Translations under genes and position numbers: made by a program
From: Prasinococcaceae sp. CCMP 1430
Lineage: Eukaryota > Plantae > Prasinodermophyta
Reading direction: 5' to 3'
Assembly: GCA_013416795.1 (NCBI GenBank)
Contig: RQSC01000637.1
Coordinates: forward strand, 1-17,250
DNA: 17,250 nt
The notes under the pieces: model-generated
The model's database searches: none
Seen by the model: the letters and a program-made list of their open reading frames with translations, nothing else
Told to the model about the DNA's origin: nothing
Part shown: positions 1-8,016 of the stretch, one piece after another
Layout of the letters: every line of letters begins with the position of its first letter
How positions within the stretch are numbered: position 1 is the stretch's first letter

Positions 1-34
1 AGCGGTGCTCACCGAAGGTACAAGCGGAGGCTGA

Positions 35-514
35 GGCGGAGGGGCAGGGGCAGCGACTACGGCGGCGGCGGAAGGCGGCGGCGGCACGAACGCCACCGTG
101 GCCGCTGCCTCCACGACGCTACGCATCGGGCTGCCGGGCGTGGACGCCGAGGGCCGTAGCAGCGACGGCAGTGGCGAGAGTGGTGGTGCTAGTGGGGACA
201 GCGTCGCGCGCGAGCGCGCGGCTGCGGCCGCGCAGGCCGCGCTGGTGCAGAAGCAGGTGATGGCGAGGCTGCGCGGCAGCCGCGGCGATGGCGGCGGAGG
301 AAGTGTCGGTGACGGCGGCGCGAGCGGAGGCGGCGACGAGGGCGGCAGCGCCACTGGCGCGGGCGGCGAGAGGCCCGCGGCAAACGAAGGCGATGGCGGG
401 CAAGCGCACACGCGAGCGGACGCGGCCGGCGCTGAGGGCGCCTCGGGGGCAGAGAGTGCAGCGAGCGCGAGCGCTGCCGAAGAGTTTGTGCAGACTGTCG
501 CGCAGGTGTTGTGA
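35..514 (+). CDS. 3' end of a hypothetical Ala/Gly-rich low-complexity protein (5' part outside the window or frameshifted)
   Basis: Open frame 35-514 ending in TGA, with GC3-rich codons (…AAAAQAALVQKQVMARL…EEFVQTVAQVL*). No recognisable domain. In-frame TGA at 32-34. Confidence 0.5.
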   Translation, partial: GGGAGAATTAAAEGGGGTNATVAAASTTLRIGLPGVDAEGRSSDGSGESGGASGDSVARERAAAAAQAALVQKQVMARLRGSRGDGGGGSVGDGGASGGGDEGGSATGAGGERPAANEGDGGQAHTRADAAGAEGASGAESAASASAAEEFVQTVAQVL

Positions 515-664
515 AGCGCCGTCGCCGTCGCTCGCGTGCGCGTGTACACATTGTATGGATGCGACCTCGAGCGCGCGCCCGCGCCCGCGCGCACATGCGT
601 GCGCCTTTTCGTGCCTGCGCGTCGCACCAAGTTATTAGGGTGTATGGCGATGTGCGGCGTCCTC

Positions 665-1643
665 CTACTTCTTCCCGTACCCGTAGCCGCGCAGGTGCAC
701 GTCGCTCTTGCGCCAGCCCTTGCGCACCTTGACGCGCAGGTTGAGCACCACCTCGCGCCCCAGGAAGGCCTCGATGCCCGCGCGCGACGCCTCCGACAGG
801 GCACGGATCTGTGCACCGCCCTGACAGGCGCAGCGGAGGCCGGCCACGCGCGTGGGGCGCCGCACGCGCGGCGAACGAGCGACTGTCAGCACGCAGCGCG
901 CGTACGCGAATTCTACACGTGGGGCGTGCGTGCGCGTGTGCGCGCGTGTGCGCGGGTGTGCCCACCTTGCCGATGATGATGCCCTTCTGGCCGTCCCTCT
1001 CGACAACCACGGCGACGTGAATCTCGTCCTTGCGCCCAGCCTCCCGCGCCTCCTTGAAGGTCTCCACCTCAACTGTGGACGAGTAGGGCACCTCGTCGTC
1101 GAACATCTCGAAGAGCTTCTCGCGCACCAGCTCGCCCACGAAGAAGCGCTCGGGCTCGGTGGAGAGCTGCACGCGCGCGTGCGCGCGCGCAGAGCGCGCA
1201 TGTGGCGCGGCGCGGGCACGCGTGCCAGCAGGCGCGCGTCAGCACGCGTTGGCGCTCGCACTGGGCGGCCGCCAGCGCGCGCGCTCGCGCTCTCAGCGCC
1301 GCCCGCCGCGTCGCGCGCACCTGGTCCTCGGGGAAGTACTTGGGCCCCGTGGGCAGCAGCTCCTTGATGGCCTCCATGAGCTCCTCGACGCCCTCACCAG
1401 TCTCCGCGGAGGTCATCAGCACCGCCTTGGCGCCCTCCGCGTGCTCCTCGTGCCACGCGCGCACGCGCTCGCGCTGCTCGGGGCCGAGCAGGTCGACCTT
1501 GTTGAGCACGAGCAGCGTTGGCACGCGTTTCACGACGGCGGGGAGCGCCGCGAGCGCAGGCTCGAGCTTGTACGCCGCGAGCGAGGCCGAGTCGGCCTCG
1601 TCAGCCGCGGCGCCGTCCGCTGCGGCGCGCGCGCCGCGGCCGC
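665..1643 (-). CDS. era: Era-family GTPase, C-terminal half (G4/G5 plus KH domain). Exons 1643-1321, 1166-966, 820-665. 5' end lost at the N at 1644
   Basis: Spliced product has LVLNKVD (G4), TSAETGEG (G5), GPKYFPEDQ|LSTEPERFFVGELVREK, DEVPYS, ERDGQKGIIIGK|GG (KH GxxG) and LNLRVKVRKGW. Both GT-AG introns (1320-1167, 965-821) are phase 0 and restore the frame. TAG stop at 667-665. Confidence 0.93.
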
Positions 1644-1644
1644 N
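1644..1644. other. Single-N assembly gap joining two truncated genes
   Basis: VPS54 stops and Era begins abruptly at this base, in different frames. Confidence 0.85.
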
Positions 1645-2201
1645 ACCGCGTCGCCGAGCTTTCCGGGCAGGCTTCGCAGCGCGGCGACGCCCGTGAGCTG
1701 TTCGCGCACCACGACGCCTTGAACGTCTTCCACCAGGTCCAGCACGCCCATGTAGTCACCCCCCTGCAGCAGCATGGGCAGCGCGTCGGCCGCCGCAGCG
1801 ACCTCGCCCACCAGCTCGAGCAAGCGCAGCGCGCTGGCCGCATTCTCTCGCTCGCGCTGCAGAGCGCGCACGCGCACAGCGCAGCCGCACAACCTCTCCG
1901 CCAGCAGCGCCTGACCCGCGCGGCAGCGCGTCGCCTGCTCGCGCCCCTCGCGAACGGCCTCGCCGAGACCCTGGAGCGCGCCCAGCGCGTCGAAGAATGA
2001 GCCCGACCGCGCCTCGATCTCTGCGAGCAGGTGCTGCTCGATGAAGTCCAAGTGGTGACTCAGGCGCTCCTGCAGCACGAGGCTGCCAGGCACGCTGTAC
2101 TCGGGGCAGATAGCGGCAAAAGTTCCCGGAGCTCCCAGGTTGAAGTCCTCGGCGAAGAAGAGCTCGGGCACAGCGCGCCCAGCATCGCGACCGCCACCCA
2201 A
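1645..2201 (-). CDS. VPS54: VPS54 (GARP complex subunit), N-terminal portion. 3' part missing at the gap; start codon uncertain
   Basis: VPELFFAEDF…LQERLSHHLDFIEQHLLAEIEARSGSFFDALGALQGL…GDYMGVLDLVEDVQ…LTGVAALRSL matches the plant VPS54 N-terminal pattern (VPxLYFxEDF, LQEKLSxYLDxVE, RSDSFF). No in-frame ATG immediately upstream. A 4-codon exon (ATG 2318) plus a 90-nt intron (2308-2219) would fit the frame but has no branch motif. Confidence 0.85.
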
Positions 2202-2351
2202 GCTCCCCCCCCCCCTCGCTGAGCACCACCCACAGCAGGGCCGCGAGGCGCCCGCCCGCGCGCGGTGTGGCTACGCGCGCGCGGCTCCCGCACCTCGCAC
2301 ACACGCACTCGGATGCATTTTGATATGTGGCTGCAGAATGTCTCCCGTGGG

Positions 2352-2387
2352 TATATATTATCTATAAATAAATTTATAATATTCATT
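2352..2387. promoter_or_regulatory. AT-rich island with inverted TATA boxes between divergent VPS54 and SKL2
   Basis: 36-nt almost pure A/T stretch in very GC-rich surroundings. TATAAAT at 2363-2369 (+) and its reverse complement ATTTATA at 2372-2378. Confidence 0.55.
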
Positions 2388-2610
2388 CTGGCTGACGGCA
2401 ACGGTGCCGAGCCGTACCTGGTGCGTCGGCTGGGCCGCCGCCCGGCCCCCCGCGAGGGTTTCGGGAAAGGGTTCGGCGCGGCGCATTTGAGGTTTGAAAC
2501 GGCGTATGAAAAGAGGGTCTTTAGGTGTTTGGATTTTGATGGGCCGAGGGGGAGGCGCCCTCGCGGGCGCGCGCGGCGGGGCGGCGGCTCGCGGCAGCGG
2601 GGCCGGCGAG

Positions 2611-2664
2611 NNNNNNNNNNNNNNNNNNNNNNNNNNNNNNNNNNNNNNNNNNNNNNNNNNNNNN
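2611..2664. other. Assembly gap (54 N)
   Basis: Run of N. Confidence 0.99.
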
Positions 2665-3691
2665 CGGCGGCGCGCGCGGCGTTCGACGCGGCGACCGCCG
2701 AGGCGCCGCTCAACGTGGTGCTCGTCGGGCGCGACACGGCGCTGCTGGCCAACGTGGGCGCGCTGCTGGGCGCCGAGCTCGGCTACACGCCGCTCTCCAC
2801 CACCGAGCTCCTCGCGGGCGTCGCCAACATGCCCGTGGAGGAGCTCGTGCAGGCGCAGGGCGTCGACGCGGCGCTGGCCGGCGAGGGGTCGGTCTTCGAG
2901 GCGCTGAGCACGCAGATACGGCTGGTGGTGTCCACGTGGGGAGAGGGCGCCACGCAGCGCGCCGACGAGTGGCGATGGCTGCACGGCGGCGTGGTGGTGC
3001 ATGTCACCACGGGGGAGCCCTCGGGTGCGTGCCTGCGGACGTGCGGGCAAGCGCGGGGGGCGCGAAAGCGCGCAGGGCGCGCGTGTGCGAACGCGCGCGA
3101 GCGCGCAGGCGCGCGTGCGGCGCCCTGGCTCTTTGGACGGCGCGTCGCTGACGCGCGCGCGCCGACGCCGCGCTGCGCGTGCCGTCACCCCGCCGCGCTG
3201 CAACCCGCGCGCTCCCCTCTCTTTCTCCCGCGCGCCTGAAGAGCACGCCGCGCTGATGTCGTCGCGTGCGGACTGCGAGGCGCGGCACGCGCTGGGCGCC
3301 TCGCCGGAGGAGGTGCTGCCGGCAGTCTTCGATGCGATGGCCGGCGCTGTGGGCGCCAACGAGGAGCTCGTCAAGAAGAAGACCATGTACATCAAGTTCG
3401 GCTGCCGGTGCGTGAGCGCGCGCGCGCACGCGCGTGCTCGAACTCCCCCCCCACACACACACCACCACACACACACTCCTCTGCTCCCTCCCACTCGCCG
3501 CTCGCACCTCGGTCCGGGGATGAGGAGTGTGGAATTGTCGGGGTGCTCAGAAGTCCCCGCGCTGACGCCCGCGCGCGCGCACGCGCAGCGGCGACTGGCC
3601 CGAGCTCAAGCCCCCCGGATGGGACCCCAGCAAGCCGGACGAGATCGACCCCTACCTGCCCAAGAACCAGCGGTCGGGCGCGGGGGGGTAG
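2665..3691 (+). CDS. SKL2: Shikimate kinase-like protein 2 (probably inactive). Exons <2665-3024, 3242-3407, 3589-3691. N-terminus in or before the gap 2611-2664 (possible ATG at 2540)
   Basis: NVVLVG…LGYTPLSTTELL…EGSVFEALSTQIRLVVST…QRADEWRWLHGG, and the spliced C-terminus KKKTMYIKFGCR|GDWPELKPPGWDP, match plant SKL2 (KKSLYIRLGCRGDWPNIKPPGWDP). Introns 3025-3241 (phase 1) and 3408-3588 (phase 2) keep the frame. TAG at 3689-3691. Confidence 0.88.
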
Positions 3692-3987
3692 TTATGCGGC
3701 GCGCGCGCGGCTAAGGGCGGCACGGCGCGCGTAACGCGCCAGTGTCGCCGCCCGCGTCTTCTCCTCAACCCTCCCGCGCATGCGCGCCCTCGAGCAATGC
3801 CCGAGATTTGCGCTGTCCGCGCCGCTGTCATCCGAGAGCGCCCTCAAGCGCGCCCACGTGCGCGCGCGCGTCCGCGGTCGCGACGGTCCAGGACGACGGG
3901 TGCAATGGCTCCCCGCTCGCTCAGGGTTTTTATGGCGGCCGCGCGCGCGCATGCGCGAGCGATTAGCGCCCTTTCACGATCTGTCCG

Positions 3988-6303
3988 TCACTCGGTGCTG
4001 AGCTCGAGCACCTCGAGCACCTCGGCGTCCTCCGCGAGCCGCTCGACCACCTCGCCCACCACGCACGCGTGCGGGTAGCCCGCCCGCACGAGCTCCTCCA
4101 CGCACGCTCGCGCGCGCGCCGCGGGCACCGAGGCGAGCAGGCCGCCCGCGGTCGTCGGGTCGAACATGAGGGGGTAGGCGTCGCACGACGTCACCTCCGG
4201 CGAGAGGCCGCGCACGCCCCTGCGCAGCCGCAGGTTTTGCGGCTGCAGAGAGCTCATGATGCCCTTGGCGACGCACTCCTTGGCGCCCTCCAGGAGCGGC
4301 ACGGCGTTCATGTCGAGCCTGGCCACGCAGCCGCTCGCCTTGGCCATCTCGATGAGGTGCCCCGCCAGCCCAAAGCCCGTCACGTCCGTGCAGCAGCTCG
4401 CGCCGTGCGCAAGCAGCACGTCGGCGCCCTGCCTGTTGGACTGCTGCATCTGCTCGAGCGCCGCGCTCACCCACCTGCCCTTGGCCTGCCCGCGCATGTC
4501 GGCCGCGAAGAGCGCGCCCGTGCCCACCGGCTTGGTGAGCACCACTGCCTCGCCGGGCGCCATGCCGCCCTTGTGCATGATCTCCTGTGGCTTGGCGGCG
4601 CCCGTGATGGCGAAGCCCAGGGAGACCTCGGCGCCCTCGCAGGAGTGGCCGCCCACGAGCGCGCAGCCCGCCTCCTCAAGCACGCTCACAGCGCCGGCCA
4701 TCATCTCGAAGAGGTCCTCCTCCACCTTGGCGTCGAGCCCGAAGGGCACCGTGGCGATGGCCAGCGCGCTCAGCGGCCGCGCCCCCATCGCGTGCACGTC
4801 GCCCAGCGCGTGGTTGGCCGCCACGCGCCCGAAGACGTAGGTGTCGCTCACGAAGGCGCGGAAGAAGTCCACCGTCTGAATGGTCACGCACCCGTCGGGC
4901 ACCTTGACCACCGCCGCGTCATCCGGCGCGTCCAGGCCCACGAGGATCTCCGGGCCGAGGTTCTGTTTCGGCAGGCGCGCCATGACGCGGCTCAGCACGG
5001 TGGCGCCCACCTTGGCGCCGCAGCCGCCGCAGCGCATGGGCACCGCGCGGATCGCCGCGAGCGCCTCCGCGCCGGCCGCCGCCGCCGCCGGGGGCGGGGC
5101 GACCTCCTTCTGCTTCATGAATTCGAGCTTGTTGTACTTGTCCATCCACGCGCGGTCGATCCTGTCCTTCATCGTCCAGCACCAGCCGCCCTCCAGCGCG
5201 AAGCCGCCCTTGGACAGCACGGCGTACTTGTTTCCCGTCGTGATGAGCCCCATGAAGGTCTTCTGCGGCGCGAAGGGCTTGAGCGCCTCGCCCAGCGCGA
5301 CGCGGCGGAGGTTCTCCGCGAGCGGCATGCCCTGGCGCACGGCGAAGACGCCCGCCTTGGGGCGGGGGTGCTCGAGGACGTTCGCGCAGTCGCCCGCCGC
5401 GAACACGCCCGGGTGGGAGGTGCTCTCCAGGGTGGGGTGCACCGCGACGAAGCCGTCGCCGTCCGTCGCCAGGCCGCTCGCGCCCAGCCACTCGGCGGCG
5501 CGCGCCTGCGTGCACCACACGCAGGCGTCGTGGTCGATGCGCTCGCCCTGGCCCTCGCCCTCCGCGCGCAGCACGATGGCGCCGCTCTCGACGCCCGCCA
5601 CCTCGGCGTGCTCGCGCAGCTCGAAGCCCTCGCGCTCGCCCGCGATGCGGCGGAAGATGGCGCGCACCTTGGCGGGGTGCGTGGGCAGCGCCTCGCCGCG
5701 CGTCACGCAGCGCACGCGCACCTCGGCGCGCCCGGCGGCCTGCTCCGTGAGCGCGTGGTGCATGCTGAGCGCGAGCTCGATGCCGCCGGCGCCCGCGCCG
5801 ACCACGGTGAGCTCGAACCGCCTGCCGCTCCCGGCTGCGTCCTCGGCGTCGGCCCTGATGGCGTCCCAGCGCGCGCAGAATCCGTCGATGGGCTTGACGG
5901 CGGTGGAGTGCGCCCCGGCGCCCGGCACGCTGCCGAAGGCCGGCGTGATGCCCACGTCGATGGAGAGCGCGTCGTAGGCCACCGGCGGCCTGCCGCCGCT
6001 CAGCATGACGCACTTGTCCTTGAGGTCGAGGCCGATGGCCGTCGCGTGCACCAAGCGCGCGCCGGCGAACGCGCACAGCGGCCCCAGGTCCACGTGGCAC
6101 TCGTCGCGCGTGTAGTAGCCGGCGACGTACCCCGGCAGCATGCCGCTGTACGGCGTGTGCACGTCGCGCGCCACCAGCGTCAGCCGCACGCCCGGCAGCG
6201 GCCTCATGCCGAACATCTTCAGCACGGCGACGTGCGAGTGGCCGCCGCCGATGAGCACGATGTCGGCCACGCGCGGCGGCGCCGCTGCACCGCCCGCGTC
6301 CAT
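3988..6303 (-). CDS. selD: Selenide, water dikinase (selenophosphate synthetase) fused to an N-terminal FAD-dependent pyridine nucleotide-disulfide oxidoreductase domain; 771 aa, intronless
   Basis: N-terminal domain: LIGGGHSH, PYSGMLPG, VVGAGAGGIE, VFAAGDC, RPKAGVFAVRQG. C-terminal domain: MRCGGCGAKVG, DDAAV, QTVDFF, FGRVAANHALGDVHAMG, GGHS, LTKPVGTG, CTDVTGFGLAGHL, DPxTAGGLL. In-frame TAA upstream of ATG 6303. Confidence 0.96.
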   Translation of the reverse strand: MDAGGAAAPPRVADIVLIGGGHSHVAVLKMFGMRPLPGVRLTLVARDVHTPYSGMLPGYVAGYYTRDECHVDLGPLCAFAGARLVHATAIGLDLKDKCVMLSGGRPPVAYDALSIDVGITPAFGSVPGAGAHSTAVKPIDGFCARWDAIRADAEDAAGSGRRFELTVVGAGAGGIELALSMHHALTEQAAGRAEVRVRCVTRGEALPTHPAKVRAIFRRIAGEREGFELREHAEVAGVESGAIVLRAEGEGQGERIDHDACVWCTQARAAEWLGASGLATDGDGFVAVHPTLESTSHPGVFAAGDCANVLEHPRPKAGVFAVRQGMPLAENLRRVALGEALKPFAPQKTFMGLITTGNKYAVLSKGGFALEGGWCWTMKDRIDRAWMDKYNKLEFMKQKEVAPPPAAAAAGAEALAAIRAVPMRCGGCGAKVGATVLSRVMARLPKQNLGPEILVGLDAPDDAAVVKVPDGCVTIQTVDFFRAFVSDTYVFGRVAANHALGDVHAMGARPLSALAIATVPFGLDAKVEEDLFEMMAGAVSVLEEAGCALVGGHSCEGAEVSLGFAITGAAKPQEIMHKGGMAPGEAVVLTKPVGTGALFAADMRGQAKGRWVSAALEQMQQSNRQGADVLLAHGASCCTDVTGFGLAGHLIEMAKASGCVARLDMNAVPLLEGAKECVAKGIMSSLQPQNLRLRRGVRGLSPEVTSCDAYPLMFDPTTAGGLLASVPAARARACVEELVRAGYPHACVVGEVVERLAEDAEVLEVLELSTE

Positions 6304-6515
6304 CGCTCGCGCGCGCGGCGGAGGGGGTTAGGCGGGCGCCCTCGGCGCCGACGGCGGCCTGTGCGGGCCATCGCAGGGGTTGCCGCAGGATGGGAGGCTG
6401 GGGAGTGTGTGGAGGAGAGGGGGGGGGGGGGAAGGGGGGGACGACGGATGCCGTCCGTGGCGGGGACTGTGCTGCCACACAGAGCGCGAGGGCAGGCCGC
6501 GCTGGGCGGCGCGAT

Positions 6516-6866
6516 ATGTGTGTGCGGCCGGGAGCCGAGGAGGACGACGACGGGTGGGTGGTGGTCGGCACGCGCGTCCAGGGTGGGGCTGGCGACCTGG
6601 CAGGCGCCCCTGATGGCGACGAGCGGGCAAGTGGCGGCGGCGGCAGGCGCCCGCATGCGCTCGGATCTGCCGAGGAGGCGGCCGCGCCCGGCGCCGCGCC
6701 ACGCGACAATCGCGTCACCTCGCACGTGGCCAGCGCCGAGGACATCCGCGCGGCCGCCTCGGCAGGCCCGGTCGACGGCTTCGGCTACAGCGATTCCGCC
6801 CTTGCCAACAAGCGTGGGGGCGTGCCTGAGTGGCTCGCAGCGAACGCTGCAAAGCTCGGGCGCTAG
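6516..6866 (+). CDS. Small hypothetical protein (116 aa from ATG 6516), divergent from selD
   Basis: Open frame with GC3-rich codons in otherwise non-coding space: MCVRPGAEEDDDGWVVVG…GFGYSDSALANKRGGVPEWLAANAAKLGR*. No recognised family. Confidence 0.5.
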   Translation: MCVRPGAEEDDDGWVVVGTRVQGGAGDLAGAPDGDERASGGGGRRPHALGSAEEAAAPGAAPRDNRVTSHVASAEDIRAAASAGPVDGFGYSDSALANKRGGVPEWLAANAAKLGR

Positions 6867-7114
6867 CCCGGGCGTCCGCGCAGGCGCCGGCCATGGGGGG
6901 ATAGGACGCCGCGCGAGCGTGCAAGCTCCGCTCGCTTCCGCTCGGGCACGACCCCGACGGGGCTGCGCAGCGCTGTGAGCAGCGCTGTCCGCGCAGCCGG
7001 CGGAGGTGCGGGTCGCCCAACGCGCCACGCGAGCGCGCAGCGGCACGTCGGGCGCGAGCGCGCCCGCCAGGCGCCACGTGACACGTCGTACGACGTACTG
7101 TGGATGGATGTGAG

Positions 7115-7119
7115 TTACA
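7115..7119 (-). terminator. Candidate UGUAA polyadenylation signal of the peroxiredoxin mRNA
   Basis: TTACA on + reads TGTAA on -, about 285 nt past the Prx stop and downstream of the SECIS candidate. UGUAA is the established chlorophyte poly(A) signal. Confidence 0.45.
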
Positions 7120-7224
7120 CGAGCAGCACACGACGGCAGCGGCGAGCGCGGCGTCGCGCGCCGCACGCAACACACCGCCACGGTGAGGTGTCCCTCTGGT
7201 CAAGGAGGGCGCGGGCCCGCTCCG

Positions 7225-7296
7225 GGCAAGCGTAGGAAGTTTGTCGGCCACCCAGCAGGCGCATGCCTTTGTGCGTGGGGGCGTCATGCACTTGCC
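7225..7296 (-). promoter_or_regulatory. Candidate eukaryotic SECIS element (type II) in the peroxiredoxin 3' UTR
   Basis: Minus strand reads GGCAAGUG-C-AUGAC-GCCCCCACGC-AC-AAA-GGC-AUGC-GCC-U-GCUGGGUGGC-CGAC-AAACUUCCUA-CGCUUGCC. Hand fold gives an 8-bp helix I, a UGAC/CGAC core with tandem G·A pairs, a 9-bp helix II with two bulges, an unpaired AAA and a 3-bp apical mini-stem. Confidence 0.72.
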
Positions 7297-7402
7297 GTGC
7301 GGAGCGGATGTGGCGGGCGGCGCGGGCGGCGGGCGGGTTGCGGTGCCGCGTGCGTCACGTAACACGGATGTCGGACGGGTGGGCGCATCGGGTCCGCTCA
7401 GC

Positions 7403-7780
7403 TTAGAGAGCCTTGATCTCCTTGAGCATGTTGTCGATGCAGGACACCTCGGGGAAGTCGTCGCCGGCGGGGTCCTCCTCGCCGAGCGGGCCCTTCTCCG
7501 CGACGTTGAGCACCTTGATGATGCCGTTGTCCACGTACGCGGCGAAGCGCTTGCAGCGCGGGTTGCCGAGGTCGGCCATCGGACCGGGGTGCTTGAGCTC
7601 CATGCCGAGCGCGTCGGTGAGCTCCTTGCGGGTGTCGGCGAGGAACTTGACCATGGTACCCTCGACCTTCATCTCCTTCGCCCAGGCGGACATGCAGGCG
7701 CCGTCGTTCACGCAGAAGACGAGCACCTCATCAATCCCGGCCTCCTTCAGCTGGTCCTGTCCAGCGAGGTAGCCCGGGAC
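7403..7780 (-). CDS. Peroxiredoxin, Prx5/type II (Redoxin) family; last exon only (126 codons). Upstream catalytic exon not visible; probable selenoprotein
   Basis: Acceptor CTCAG at 7785-7781, then VPGYLAGQDQLKEAGIDEVLVFCVNDGACMSAWAKE…FLADTRKELTDALGMEL…RCKRFAAYVDNGIIKVLNV…*. VPGY, CVND…AW, LAD and KRFA are Prx5 hallmarks. TAA at 7405-7403. Confidence 0.9.
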   Translation of the reverse strand, partial: VPGYLAGQDQLKEAGIDEVLVFCVNDGACMSAWAKEMKVEGTMVKFLADTRKELTDALGMELKHPGPMADLGNPRCKRFAAYVDNGIIKVLNVAEKGPLGEEDPAGDDFPEVSCIDNMLKEIKAL

Positions 7781-8016
7781 CTGAGAGTTTTAGGAAATAA
7801 TCGTGAGTGTGTGTGTGTGTTTGTTTGTTTTTGGGGGGGGGGAGCAAGGGCGCAGACGTGTCAGCTGCGCGCGCCGCCGGCGTGGCGCTGCCGTCGCGAA
7901 GGCATCGCACGATTTCCAGGCCCCGCGCGAGCATGCGGGCGCACACGCGTGCCGAGGGGCAATCGGGGCGTCGGGGCCGCCCTCTGCCGCCCCCCACGCG
8001 CCCGCGCCGCGCCCCG

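Noticed and set aside
32-34. In-frame TGA in the first ORF as a selenocysteine codon
   Set aside because: The context is Gly/Ala low-complexity with no redox motif, and there is no AUGA-type SECIS in 515-660. The neighbouring frame (KVQAEAEAEGQGQ) looks coding, so an indel or splice is more likely.
1069-2201. VPS54-Era fusion gene
   Set aside because: The junction is an N, the frames differ, and both proteins lack essential parts.
3988-3990. selD terminal TGA as a Sec read-through site
   Set aside because: It falls at the normal end of the SelD fold and no SECIS-like pattern was seen in 3700-3987.
4069-6978. 969-aa plus-strand ORF, and the 608-aa ORF 4919-6745 (-)
   Set aside because: Shadow frames of selD caused by high GC3; no motifs, Arg/Ala/Gly-rich.
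7083-7096. Perfect 14-bp palindrome ACGTCGTACGACGT
   Set aside because: Roughly one 7-bp-arm palindrome is expected by chance in 17 kb, and nothing else supports a function.
7857-7863. Micro-exon CTGACAC supplying the Prx UGA codon
   Set aside because: It would give U-H-VPGY, three residues short of the Prx5 spacing, with a poor donor (GTCTGC). The CTGAC is better explained as the branch site.
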